Shown here: piece after piece, positions 50,401 to 63,100 of the stretch
Position numbering within the stretch: position 1 is the first letter of the stretch
How the letters are laid out: each line of letters opens with the position of its first letter
Assembly: GCA_043228905.1 (NCBI GenBank)
Contig: JBHGNT010000010.1
Span: 20,088,001-20,152,000, forward strand
Direction of reading: 5' to 3'
Length of the DNA: 64,000 nt
DNA from: Azolla caroliniana
Taxonomy: Eukaryota; Plantae; Polypodiophyta
Position numbers and translations under genes: made by a program
The notes under the pieces: generated by a model
What the model was told of the DNA's origin: nothing
What the model saw: the letters and a program-made list of their open reading frames with translations, nothing else
The model's database searches: none

Positions 50401-53400
50401 ATAAGAAGTTTGATACTTTTATGCTTTCTCAAGGCTTTGATCGTAGCTATGCAGATCATTGTTTATACACGAAAAAGGATATCGATGACAGTCCTATCAT
50501 ACTTGTTCTATATGTGGATGATATGTTGCTAGCTGGGAAAAGAAAGACTAGTCTTGATGCTCTAAAAGATCAACTGAAATTGGTCTTCTCTATGAAAGAT
50601 TTGGGAAATGCAGAGCATATTTTGGGCATGAGAATCAGTAGAAACAGAAAAGACAAATTGTTGTTTTTGTCACAAGAAAAGTACATTGAAAAAGTGCTTA
50701 ACAGATTTAATATGGCAGAAGCAAAGTCCCTTGGAGTTCCTTTGCCGTCATATCTTAAACTCAGCAAGGCTGATTGTCCAAAGGATGAGATGGAAATCAA
50801 TGCTATGAAGGGAATTCCTTATGCATCAGCATGTGGTTCTCTAATGTATGCTATGGTAGTTACTCGTCCAGATATTGCTTATGCAATGGCAGTTGTTAGT
50901 CGCTATATGTCTAATCCCGGGAAAGCACATTGGGAGGCTGTCAAGTGTGTTTTCAGGTATCTTAAAGGTACACAGAGAAAATGTTTATGCTATGGGAAGG
51001 GTGCATTAAATTTGCAGGGATATTGTGATGCAGACATGGCAGGTGACTTGGATACACGTAAGTCTACTAGCAGGTATATATTTACAGTTGCTGGTGGAGC
51101 AGTGTCTTGGTGCTCCAAATTGCAAAAGATTGTAGCACTGAGTACTACTGAAGCTGAATATATTTCAGCTACAGAAGCTTCAAAGGAAGCTATATGGCTC
51201 AGCAGACTTGGTGAAGATCTTGGCATGTCTGTTAGTACTCCTGTGTTAGGATGTGATAGCCAGAGTGTTGTGTATCTGGCTAAGAATGCCATGTTTCATT
51301 CGCGCACCAAACACATTGATGTGCGACATCACTTTATCAAAGAAGTTTTGGAGGATGGTCTAGTCACATTGACCAAGATCAAAACACAGGATAATCCTGC
51401 AGATATTCTCACTAAAAGTCTTGGCAAAGCTCAACATGAGCATTGCATACAGTTAGTGGGAGTTACTTGAATGTTCACATCGGACCTTTAAGTGGGAGGT
51501 TGTTAGGTGTAAAGGCCCGTAGTTCACAAATTAGGTAATTATTCGTATATGTGAACACATTGTTCACCTGGACAGGACACCTTTTTTTGTAATGTGAACA
51601 CACCACTTTCTTTGTAAGGTTAACTAATATAATAACCTTTTTTTCTTGTGTACCAATCAAGGCGGTTGGGTATACCAAAGATCTGCGTGTCTCTACTCTC
51701 ATCTCTACTACAGTCCTGTTTGCTGAACGTCATCTCTCAATAGCTGATCCGTCAAACATCCCTCTTTACCTTTAAACCCCTTGAACATATCCTCCTAATA
51801 ACCACAAAATGTTTTCCACTCTGGGTCCTCATGCTCAACTTTGTGAATCATATTCAACAGGGCATGCTATTTGAATTCCGACCACCCTCCTCTTCCCCAG
51901 GTTCAAGTGGTGCCCAACTCTGGCATTAAAACACCCAGCATACTGCCACCCACCAGCTTCAAAGGCTGACCTTCACTTGGATGTACTTCTATTGCGTTTC
52001 TCATAGCCCTTTCATTTTTCTTGCAGTTCTTTAACACCCATCAAGTAACAGCGCATGAAGCGTTTAGCTCATCCAAGAAGAAGCTCAAAAGAAGATCACG
52101 ACTCTCTCTTCCATTATGGCATGAAGACTACCTAGAAATGGCTGAAGATTCAGCCATCCATTGTCGGCCAAAAACATTACCACCGAAGCACACATAAAGC
52201 AACATTTTCTTTTGAAAAATGCCCATTTGTCTCTCCTCATGGCATTTGCTACTCCTCAAGACATATTAGGACCCTCTCCAAACTATTAGATACCCTAGAT
52301 ATAAAGAAACTAGGTAGATATGTCTTAGAGTTAAAACAGCATAGAGAGAATAAGCTACAAAATGCTAACCTAATATTCACCAACATGTAACCAATGAAAT
52401 TTTTCAAAGACAGGATGGGACAATGAGCGTGGACACAGCTGCACCACTCACCCTCTCTCTCGTTGAAGCAGAAAACCAAAGAACAACCAAACACCCTCGA
52501 ATGCCGGGCCTCAAAGCCACTCATGGTGTAGAAGCAATCAAGAAGATAAGGGATCATCAGTTACACTACCTAGAAGCTATGGTTGGGATACCTTTTACAT
52601 CGGGACCACAGGCCACACCCACATTGAAACCCTTTGACTTCCCGCTCCTTTTCGAGGGACTTGAATGGAAATGAAACTAGGCCTAGCACATAGCCATTTC
52701 CTTTATAGAATATGTTACACATAACACCTTTTGTACAATACTAGAACTCTTTTGTACACCTTTTCAAGAGACTTGGATGGAAATGAAACTAGACCTATCA
52801 CATAGCCATTTCCTTTATAGAATATGTTACACCATAACACCTTTTGTACAATACTAGAACCTTTTTTCAATGATTGGGTACACATCCCATTTTGTTGCAA
52901 CCAATTGTCTCATGGGCCAATTTGGTCTTAGAAGACGTTAATATTTCTTTCTTTCTTACTCACTTCTCCGCTTTCCTTCCTCCCCTCCTCATATTTCCGA
53001 CTCTCTCTTAATCATTACCAATTGTGATGCCACCTCATGCATTGTGATCATTAATTAAACTTGAGAAAAGCTAAATCTTTTTTTCAGTAATGATAACATG
53101 TAGCTACATGTACTTGTAATCATGAGTTGCCTCAAAGGCCAGTTTAGCCTCTAGTAGAAGTTAATATACTTTTTTTCCAAAGTTAATATATGTTTCTTTT
53201 GTCTCTCTTCCTTTTTCTCTCATTCTATGCATCTTTCACACTCCTTTCCTCACAGTTAAGGATGCAAGTGATATTCATAGAAATCTGAGTGAGATACATT
53301 TTAATGACTGCAATAATATTTGGTGCATTGATGAATGGAGATGGCCAAGGAGGAATCTCCACTAAGCCATATACTAGAGATGTCCAAGTTTCCCTTCTTT

Positions 53401-54739
53401 CTGGGATATCGAATTTCTCAACAAGAAAGAAGAAAAATATCTGGAGCATGATAAAACCTCACCAAAGATATTCCATCACAAATTACTGGATGCATGGTTG
53501 CTGGTATTGTAATATCACTTCTATAGGACATCATAAGAACATGATCATGCGTATAGAAATAGACTGTACACTCTACATTTCCTTGAATTGTCGGAATTGT
53601 CTTTCTGACATGTCAAGGATTTCAAGCAGAAACAAGAGAAATGGAAGGATCTTCCATCACGTATCAACAACAGCATATTTTCCAGCGTCGCAATCTCCTT
53701 TCGAAAGTACTACACATACAAGTTCGTGCTTATGGTGCGGTGGGATTGTATTGAAACTTTTGAAAGAGAATAAATTTTCAGAAGTTTCTCCATGACCAGA
53801 TAAAAAAGATGTCCCTTACCCAGAGACTACTAGGTTTGTGACAAAAAGTCTTTTCACATTATTTCAGACATACATAAGACTTCATAACAGTTTTGAGTAT
53901 TTTCCATATCCGAGCTTGATAACGGTCTGGTTTGTTCTCCTCAATCAGGTCACGAAGAATATTTCTTAGAGAATAGCAATTGTTTCTATTGCAAAACACC
54001 CTATTCACATGATCTTGAACATACTGAAGTTGTCTACAGTTTTAAGCATTCATCGCAATTACACGACAAAGAATGTCAATGACAAATATCCATTAGTTCC
54101 ACTATCATTTCACATTAACTTCAGCCAAAAAGCGTGTGTGGTTTATTCAATTTTGGGTGCAGAAAAGAATGACAGAGAAGTATTTTAGTATTATTGCAAA
54201 CATATAAATGTGGTCTATACAGTTTTGAGCATGGAAATGGTGCCATTTCACGTGACCCCAGAACATACAAGAGTGTTCTACACAGTTTGGAATGTTCTCG
54301 GCATCATAAAAGTCCAGGATTTTCTCCATCATGAGATCAAAAGGCATCTCGCTTAGCCAGAGTAGTCTTTTCAAAATTATCTCGAGCATATCAAAGTGGT
54401 CTATACAGTCTTCAGTACAGAAAAGAATGGCAGAAAAGTTTGTTTGTTTTTTGTGTGTGTGTGATCTCAGAAGTGAACCGTGCATTTTGTTTAGAATGAT
54501 ATGATGTATATGAATGCACAATACATACATGAATCAATGTATACCTTCTCGAGCTTTATTTTGACAATTCCACTGTAAGATCTGGGCTGCAAATGGTGTG
54601 ACGGAGGAGGATTGGAGGAGGAAGCTTGGAGGATCTTTCTCCCACTTCTCGAAACAGAATCGGAGGCATCGTCGTAGTCATCTCCATCTCCGTCGCCATA
54701 GCGGGGCCGTCCTCCTCGACGAGAAATCTTCTGTCCCAT
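35406..54739 (-). CDS. PSD2: Phosphatidylserine decarboxylase proenzyme, C2 + EF-hand type (PSD2/PSD3 family), 21 exons, 692 aa
   Basis: GT-AG exons (minus): 54739-54545, 44501-44422, 44312-44288, 43351-43292, 43212-43144, 43043-42942, 42725-42675, 42578-42495, 42404-42313, 41139-40984, 40074-39990, 39479-39368, 38476-38376, 37833-37786, 37682-37536, 36669-36574, 36468-36394, 36312-36220, 36072-35986, 35891-35841, 35675-35406. Sum 2079 nt with consistent phases. Motifs [32 protein letters not shown] and the FGGST autocleavage site. Confidence 0.93.
41589..42159. mobile_element. hAT-type MITE in PSD intron 9
   Basis: TIR TAACAATCGGCAAC...GTTGCCGATTGTTA; 8-bp TSD TATAAGCC at 41581-41588 and 42160-42167; many AACCG/CGGTT subterminal motifs; AT-rich core. 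Confidence 0.92.
44757..44995. repeat. Intronic tandem duplication, about 122-bp period
   Basis: ATAGAAAAGAAGGCAACCAAATTTGCA...CACTGAAGTGCCCAGCAA occurs twice. Confidence 0.85.
46844..47118 (+). repeat. Copia 5' LTR (TG..TA)
   Basis: Direct repeat of 51501-51774, followed by AC and the PBS. Confidence 0.95.
47294..51470 (+). pseudogene. Copia gag-pol polyprotein with a frameshift (about 50220) and a nonsense codon (50394-50396)
   Basis: [14 protein letters not shown] knuckle, WIVDSGAS protease, [13 protein letters not shown]...NGVAER integrase, [11 protein letters not shown] and [15 protein letters not shown]...TKHID RNase H. Confidence 0.93.
51501..51774 (+). repeat. Copia 3' LTR (TG..TA)
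   Basis: Follows the PPT and is followed by the TSD AACCC. Confidence 0.95.
52665..52868. repeat. Intronic tandem duplication, about 112-bp period
   Basis: ATGGAAATGAAACTAG...CATAACACCTTTTGTACAATACTAGAAC occurs twice. Confidence 0.85.
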
Positions 54740-54761
54740 GGCTGCACAAACGGACACAGAC

Positions 54762-54817
54762 AGAGAGAGAGAGAGAGAGAGAGAGAAGAAGAAGAAGAAG
54801 AAGAAGAAGAAGAAGAA
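54762..54817. repeat. (GA)n(GAA)n microsatellite in PSD 5' UTR/promoter
   Basis: Pyrimidine-rich tract on the coding strand, about 25 nt upstream of the ATG. Confidence 0.85.
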
Positions 54818-57087
54818 ATTGGATATGTGTGTGTATATTCCGCCTCAAAGTTGGCTTTAGAATTAGGAGCCCCTAAATTGGAGGAAAATCCAAATCTAAA
54901 GTTTAAACTTTATGAAACTCAATGGAAATTATGAAACCGAAACTTTGAGCTTTTATCATATGTATATCAAAATCCTTCATATTCAACTCGAGTACCAACA
55001 AAGAATTTGCCACTCATTGATATAAATTATCTTGTCGCGATGCTATGTTTGAACATGTCAATTTGCAATTTGGTCATTTCTTGCATTATATTTATTCAGT
55101 ACGACAATCATTTGAAACTTTTAATAGAATTGGTTTCCTTTCGAAACAAATTGGTTTCATAGTGTTTCAGTAAGTTGGTAACATCACGATTAGAATAGGG
55201 GTGAATGATCCATCGAAAAAGGGTTGATAATAGAAGAAACATTTTAACAATTGCCCCCTTGCATGGGGACAATGTCCTATCCAAACTATAAATTTGATTC
55301 TTTGATAAACCAATCAAAATGATCGAACCAGAGCTTACTAAAAGGCGGTCATTGCATGCAAGCCCTTTTATATCACAAGCACTTGAATCATGTGAGAAAA
55401 CGACATGTACCCTCCTATTAAATTTTGTGGATGCACTGGAAATGTACCAATATGTATGTTATAATGTGCAAAAATGAGCATCGAAAACCCATTGTGTCAA
55501 ACTCACACATCCGTCATCATATTTTTGTGCAAGGCCTTCCAAGTAAACAATGCATCTAGAACTCATTGTACAATCACATTGATATATCGTGCGCAAAAAA
55601 CCAAGTCGGTATGATAACAATTTGAATTGTAGATTCAATCTATTTACACATTTGAGTTGCACATGGTTTTAATTGGCCATTTCTTATTAACAATGTGGAT
55701 TTAGTTCAATTGTACTTCCAAATTTGTTAACGTGCACATCCTAGAATATATAAATGACACATTCCTCAAACAATGCCCAAACTATTAGATTTGAGCACGT
55801 TGGTCTCCTAAACATATTCATCACATGACATGTTCTTGAGTTATGTCAGTTAATAAAAGATAGATTGATCACATTGAAAAGATTCTATGAGATAAACAAT
55901 TGTAATTAGCCAATAGTTATGCTGATGTGTAAAGAAGGTTACAAGTGTGCGCCTTTTTTAAGGCTTTTCAAAACAATTCTCGAGAATGCTATGTATGCAT
56001 CTATAACTTGATGTCAATCCAAAGATAGTGCCCTTCATTTGAGCGTGTTAGTGCGGAAAAAAAAGTGGCAACTATCAATAGTCTAGTAGTTTAATAATTA
56101 ACTCCTTGGACCATAGTGTGAAATGCTTGTTCATCACACAACACCCACTTACTTAAGAACCAATAATAAAATGATAATTAATCTGATGCTATCATGGAGG
56201 ACGTGAGCGGTAACACAAAACTCAAATCTAACAATAAAAAATTAGTTATCTCCTCAAAACAATGTTACGAGTTCAAATAAAGGATAAAGGCAACACAAAA
56301 GACAAATGTATTTTTTAATTTAAAGTTTGCCTTGTTATATGTCCCATTACGCAATTGTGATACGAAATCTACAACAATATTCCTCGTGACCACATTACAT
56401 GATATCTATCCATGATCAAGAAGAATATGAACACATTGTGGGGACTTGAGAGTCCATGAACGTTAAATTGGTGGAAGCATCAAACTATGTGTTCTCTAAC
56501 TAGTTTCTTGGATGAGTCATCATTAGTATTTGGTAGTTCACATGATTTAGATAAAACTATACTTGGTATATTCCTTGCTAATTTGAGGCTTGTAAGTTTG
56601 ATGACATTTGTAGTTCGATGTATAATCTAGATTGTAATCCCATTCTTATTACTTCATCGAGCTAATTCTAATGTATACTTTTTATATGTGTATATAACCC
56701 TACCTATGACATTTTGGACATGAATTGGGAACAAAATCCTTCCAATATTCACCCTCTGGCATAAGTTCATGACATATGATCATCGTATAATCATGGAGTC
56801 TTCATCCATGAAATGATTGATTATGGGGCCTAGTCCCACCAAGTTATATTATTGCTTTTCACATTACCTAATCAACACGAGAAAACTCTCTGAAATTAAA
56901 CTCTCTGAAATTAAACTCTCTTATGTCACATATTGATAATTTTATTACAAAATCACATCATGAAATGACACAATAGTAACAATTTATTGATTCCAAATTA
57001 TTCAAGTTGTGTTTTGCTTGGTAAAGTTTCATTACAAATCATGATTTGGAAATATACAAATGATCCTTAGAGAGTATTGGTGGTGAA

Positions 57088-58467
57088 TTAATGAGGGAGG
57101 CTATAAGTGTAGTTATAGTTGGCATTGGTGATACAAGGGTGATGGGGCCAATTGGTTTGGAGGAGCTTAAGAAGGTTAATGGCTTTCTTCTTACCTCTAT
57201 CATTAGCATTATTATTAGTGTTACATTGGCTTTGCTGTAAGAGCAACAAGAGGTGAGGAACCATGGATTCTTCCAAGCTCTCCTCTTGAATCTTCACTGA
57301 ATGCCTAGCTATACTTAGAAGAACACCACATGCACACTCACTTGCTCGCGACAATTGTTGGTGATTAGAATTGGTATTGGAAACCTTAATCTTCTTCCTC
57401 ATCATCATCATCTTCTTCATTAAAGGCACCACTATTGCATGGCTTGATACCATCTCCCTCCCCTCGCTACGCCTGCACAAGAGCTCAATAGTGGCGATTG
57501 CCATCTCGATCATAGTACTACTAGCACTAGGCCCTCGATGGCCATGTCCCCCATGCTTTCTATCATGACCAAAATCGTTAGCCATGGGGGGAGCCGGCAT
57601 CTCGATGACTAAGATTAGGAGCAATTCGATAAGGACTGACGGAGCCTTTGCTTCGATCGCAAGGACCCAATTGTCGGAGCTTGAAAGGCACGAAGTGAAG
57701 AGAGATTTAACACCGCGCTTCATCATATCGACATAATAATTGGGCTTCATATTAGTACTAGAGTTGAGGGGGGTGTTGCCATGGGCGTTATTGTTATAAG
57801 TGTGGTGTTGTTGTCGATGAAGAATATGAACTAGATGATCGAGGGAGCTCACGAGACCCCCAATTGTGAGGCTAGAGGGGGGGTAATCTCCGTAGGGGCC
57901 GATGGGGAGATCATCATATAAGTCCAAGGAAGGTGAAGAAGAAGAAGACAATGTAGTGGATGGATGGCTAGTAAAGAGCATGGGGTCATTAGTGTCGGGA
58001 GGTTGGGCGGTGTTGTCGGTGGGCTGGGGCCACGTGTGGATGAGGCGGCGGAGCGTGAGATTTGGGAGGACAAGGAAGCCTAGAAGAGAAGAAGAGTTCA
58101 AGGAAGAGGAAGAGCAAGAGGATTTATCATTGGTCACGCCGCCGACATTATTGTTGTTGTTGTTGTTGTTGTTGTTGTAGAGGAGTAAGTCTAGGGGTGC
58201 CCGCGTAACGGGGCATGTCAAGTTTCCCGTGGCCAGCCAACGTTGGATCGCGGCGCGCTCGTAAGTCTGGCCCGTGGAAAGAGTCACGGGGTCTCGCATA
58301 ATCTCTAGGGAGATGGGGCATCGGAAGTAGTGGTGATCTTGGTCTTGATCTTGATCGCGACCACGCAATGGCAGTGGGCCCGATGGGCTTGGAACAATTT
58401 GGCGGATGAATTTGTCGGTCGGAGGATCATCGTCATAGGCCAGCATTGTATTCCTTCTTGTCGGCAT
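57088..58467 (-). CDS. Plant U-box E3 ubiquitin ligase (U-box plus degenerate ARM-like C-terminus), intronless, 459 aa
   Basis: [30 protein letters not shown]...TCPVT and [10 protein letters not shown]; C-terminal [18 protein letters not shown]...ASECACGVL...LLLLLQ...[10 protein letters not shown] typical of PUB ARM tails. Confidence 0.9.
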   Translation of the reverse strand: MPTRRNTMLAYDDDPPTDKFIRQIVPSPSGPLPLRGRDQDQDQDHHYFRCPISLEIMRDPVTLSTGQTYERAAIQRWLATGNLTCPVTRAPLDLLLYNNNNNNNNNNVGGVTNDKSSCSSSSLNSSSLLGFLVLPNLTLRRLIHTWPQPTDNTAQPPDTNDPMLFTSHPSTTLSSSSSPSLDLYDDLPIGPYGDYPPSSLTIGGLVSSLDHLVHILHRQQHHTYNNNAHGNTPLNSSTNMKPNYYVDMMKRGVKSLFTSCLSSSDNWVLAIEAKAPSVLIELLLILVIEMPAPPMANDFGHDRKHGGHGHRGPSASSTMIEMAIATIELLCRRSEGREMVSSHAIVVPLMKKMMMMRKKIKVSNTNSNHQQLSRASECACGVLLSIARHSVKIQEESLEESMVPHLLLLLQQSQCNTNNNANDRGKKKAINLLKLLQTNWPHHPCITNANYNYTYSLPH

Positions 58468-58494
58468 TATATATAAGTCCTTATATGGAATTAG

Positions 58495-58635
58495 CTGCTA
58501 CTACTACCTCAATTCCTTAAGAGTCTTTCTACTACTAACTACTAACTACTAACTACTAACTACTAACTACTGCTACTTAGTACTACTACTATCTATTAGC
58601 TACTACTACTACTACTTTCTTCTTCTTCTTCCTTC
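58495..58635. repeat. (ACT)n/(ACTAACT)n/(TTC)n microsatellite upstream of the U-box gene
   Basis: Directly visible repeats. Confidence 0.85.
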
Positions 58636-59599
58636 TGTTATATACTAGACTAACATCTACTTGCTTTTTTTGCTTTTACTCTTATTGAGTTTCTCTTTAT
58701 ACACAGTGCACACCCCCTATTTATTTGGTCTTTTAATTGATTTTTCTATTTAATCTTTCTTTTTTCTTTTGCTAATTTTTCTTTTATTGTTTTTTCAGTT
58801 TTTTGCTTCTCTAAAAAAAGGAGGAGTTGCATGATTACAATTTTCTACCCTTGTTTTTTTACTTTTTCTTGAGAAGAAAAAACAATTTATAAAAATAGCT
58901 AAATAAAACAATAATATATCTATATGTAATTGCATCAATACATGTGTCCATTTATAAATACAATAAAAATAAATAAATAAATATATATATATATATAAGT
59001 TCATGAATAACTGTGTATTGTATGTAATTTACTTATATATTAAATTGCTTAGAAATGTCAATTTCATGTCTACTCTTTTTTAGAGTTATTGGGATTATCT
59101 ATTTAATAACTGAATGTGTTATATTTTTATGGCCTTTTTTTCCAAATACACGTTATTTCGGAAAATATAATTATATTACATGAATTATTACAAACATAAT
59201 GAAAATAGAATCAAAGATGTTTACATATAAGCTCTAAGAAGGTATATAAGAGTGTTAAAAGTCTCATTTGGTGGCCACAATATAGATACATAGATATCTT
59301 TTTAACATCCACGAGAGATCGATGGAGGTCCTCACATCCGATATGGGGCTATAGTTGTCGATGCTTTGTCAATCATGAGACCCTTATCCCCCTTTGTTGC
59401 AAAAATGGGTGAAAAAAACGTGTACTCATGGCGGTTCTCAGCCAATCCTAACCCCCCCCTTCTCCCCCTAGGTGCACCCCATTGGAAGGAGGGCATTGTT
59501 GTTCTACTACTAGCTACCTAATCTAGCACTAACTTGTATCCATCATTTTTCTAGCATAATTTTGTTGGTTGTTTGTTTTGCTTATCATATGCATTATCG

Positions 59600-62500
59600 T
59601 TGTGGAATAAGACTAAGCAACTCATATTTCAATAACTTGTCCATATTTGTGGACCAAATATGATTAGTTTGGACCTACCAAGACATTGGAAGCATGTGAA
59701 TATGCTATAGCCTATAGCCTATAATACTCATAGTATTTGTAAAGCCCTATTTTGAGGACAAATTTGTTATTCGCCATCACACATGCTCTCAAACTGAAAA
59801 CATGGAGAATATTGTTAGTGAGCATGATCTCAATCTAATATATTTATAATGAATGGTATCATTAACTACATTCTTTCAAGATTTGAGTACAACCTAGTAT
59901 ATCCTAAGCCTAAAAAGCACTAGTTATCCATTCATCATCTTGTTTCTTGTATCTTAGTTATATAGTTTAATATATGTGACTCCATATCAATTTGACTACT
60001 AATTATATAAGGTAGGCAAACAACATTCAGGTTCTTAACTATTGATAAGTTGTCTGCTTTCCCACTTATTCTATCCTTAAATACATGAATCAAATTTAGC
60101 CTTTAACATTGGTGCCCATATCATGTACTATGTACATCCATGGAGGTAACTACAATATTTGAAATAACACTAACACTATCTTGGCAACTATGAGAGGGAA
60201 ACCCAAACATGGCTTGTAAATTTGTAATGTCATCTTGGGTTCCCCTCATTTGTGAGATGAATGTCACTTACCCCTTTATACATCATAAGATCTTTGCCTA
60301 AAATCATATTCTCCTTTAACAACATCAATAACCATCCTCAATGTTTGTGACTATCCCCATATGGGATGTATACATGTTAGCCATTATTCAAGTTTCTAGT
60401 TTGGCCTATAAAGGGAATGTTTCACATACTGCTTCAACTTTGTACTATCTTGTTAGAAGATGAAAGCGTGTTAAGTGAGAGAAAGTTGTGATATAAATTA
60501 GCATGTAATTGGACACAACATTAAATACATTTAAGAGAAAATCTCATTTAGTAATATTGTGCATGGCCAATAACTTATTTTACCCATTTAGGTACCACAA
60601 AGGGGTTTCTCACGTGAAATGTTGCATGAGAATGTTGAGAGCAACTTAGTGTTATAGCTTGAGTTGATATCCTACAATTACTAAGAAGCAAGTCAATGCT
60701 ACGAGATAGATGCGTGGCTCTTAATTCTTGTGTACATATTTATGTGAAAAAACTGTAGTACTTCCATGATTACATGGACACCTCTCAAGATGTCATAAAC
60801 AAGTTGGATAAATTGTTTCTTCACATGTTTCCCATGATTCAAAAGAAATCCATTTTTGTATTGAAACCTAGTTAGTGGATGCACATTAGTAGAGTCTTTT
60901 TTGAAACATCTTTCATATTGTTACAATCATAATCATATGAGTCACACACAAATTTAAAGCTTGTATACTTCAACATTGTCTAGAGATCGTTTTTTTTTCA
61001 CATGAAATTAATGAAAGTTCCATAGTACGTAAAATTCATGTTCGTCTAGCATAACATTCGCTTTCCTACGTTGGAAAACGAATGCGAAACATTCTTGTGT
61101 TCCCCCCCCCCCCCCCCCCCCCCTTTTTTTTAAGGTTTATTTACCTCATAATAAATAGTTAGTCCAAAATTATGGCATTTACCATTCTTCTAGGGTGTTT
61201 ACCATACTCGAATGATTGAATCGTATGGTGGGTATGGTTCATACTATGAAATTTGAATGAAACTTTAGTCATGAAGCTTGTATTACATTAGGGCAAGGTA
61301 AGATTTGGGTTGGCCTTGGTATAGCCTTAGTTCATAACACCAACTCATGACGAAAGTTGTTGGTATAGGCTACAATGGAAACCAACGTCGATTTGTCAAT
61401 TTTGATTCAATATCACCACACATATAGGACAAAATCCAAAGTATACATAGAGTATCATGTATATACTATGTCATTATTGTGGATATATTGATCCAACATG
61501 AATATGTATTAAAGAACACAAAAGACAATTGGTGTATGATCACAAGTTACAACCTTGGGACGATAATACAACTAAAATTATTAGTGTCTAGCCTACCAAC
61601 AACATAAATATCCCTTTGATGAGAAAAAGACAAAACAAACATTTTGGTAAGCATGAAACATGCAAAATATTCTCTTAGACGTTACTAGTAGAACTCAAGA
61701 GACCTTTTTTTACCAAATAAAAACATTACTTCACATTAGTTAGCAAACAAAGTACATCAAAGTTCAGCCATATTCATCAAACTCACACTTCTCCCCACAA
61801 AACTAATCATAATCCCCACCCCCTCATTTACAACAAAAGTATTCCACTGACTTTTTTTACATGGTAAATTACTTGTACCACAGCTATACATATTTACATC
61901 TCCTGCCCACTAATGGAAGCCATTGGCGGAAACAACCATCTAGGTGCTTGGTAGTTCCATTTAGGCCTTGGCGATGATTTGACCATCATAGGAGAACCAC
62001 CCCATTTCAACAGAAACTTTGACCGAGCCCTTTTTGCTTCATCCGAACTCAAGAGACCTTATTTGTTTAATTGCTAGAACCAAAATAATGACAAGCCATA
62101 TAAATTACATTAAATGTTGTAATTATACTTTGTTTTGTTTTTTTTTGCATTGTAGCTGTATCACTCATTCAAGCATTGGAAAAGGGAATTTTGAGGCTCT
62201 TTAAATCTAGCTTTTCTTGATGGTATAGTAACAATCGTAAGAAAGCATTAGCCCATGTATTATGGGTGATGTCAATATTATGGACCTTTGTCCATAGATT
62301 TGGAAATACCAATATCTACATGAAACAAATGCACACACATTAGTCCATAACATTAATCTTTGCTTGAAATTTAATCAAGTGGATTACCATTATGATTTCA
62401 TATTGCACTGAGGCATCGATCAATGACAAGTGTCAAAGAATACAACAAATTGTGACGTGGCCATCCTAGTCATAGTCTCCTTGCCAAATTTTTTACTATG

Positions 62501-63100
62501 ACTATCATATGACCATGCAAGCACATATTTTAGTTAATTGGGGAGCATGATCACTAATAATTTGGCTATCTTTCAATAACAACTACTATTCTCCATGTGA
62601 TTTCATATGACACTAAGGCATTGATCAACACTAGGCGCCAAAGGCATAACAAATTGTGATGTCTCCATCCTAGTCAGACTCTCCTTTGGCGAACATTTTA
62701 CTATGATCAAAATATGAGCATTTAGGGACATCTTTCGACTACATGGTAGCTAATTGCCACTGCTTTGTCTATCTTTCCATAACAACTAATATTCTCCATG
62801 TTCCTACATTCACCTTTTCTTGTTTTACTTCCTTTCACTCTTCTAATCACGTCCACATGGACTAGATCCTTTATATTGAGTTCTATTGACTAAAGTCTCC
62901 ATGATGCCTCATTTGAGACTTCTTCTAGTAGAGTTGTGGTTACCTAGTTTCCATCACGACCTCTACCAACTTTATGACATTGCTTCAAAAAGTGGTGCTA
63001 CCGTCAATTTGATGATGCCCCTTTTGAATCTTTTTCTACTAGACTAGTAGTAACCTAGTTTCCATGATTAACTCTACCAATTTTATGACATCCACTTCAA
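59600..63100 (-). mobile_element. Heavily decayed gypsy-like relic (boundaries approximate)
   Basis: Minus-strand traces in integrase order: FQYKNGFLL (about 60850), GFP..IV (about 60190), GT...F (about 60100), QDD.W (about 59930), FGP (about 59650). Duplication of about 205 bp at 62400-62800. No intact ORF. Confidence 0.4.

Larger units (their letters stand above)
46844..51774 (+). mobile_element. Ty1/copia LTR retrotransposon, full length, antisense within PSD intron 1
   Basis: LTRs 46844-47118 and 51501-51774 differ by one indel. TSD AACCC at 46839-46843 and 51775-51779. PBS TGGTATCAGAGCC (tRNA-iMet) at 47121-47133; PPT AAGTGGGAGG before the 3' LTR. Domain order gag-PR-INT-RT-RH. Confidence 0.97.

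Noticed and set aside
53289-53795. 168-aa ORF in PSD intron 1, possibly a LINE fragment
   Set aside because: Non-ATG start and no diagnostic RT or endonuclease motif.
55000-56600. Possible DNA-transposon remnant between PSD and the U-box gene
   Set aside because: No TIR/TSD or recognisable transposase motif seen.
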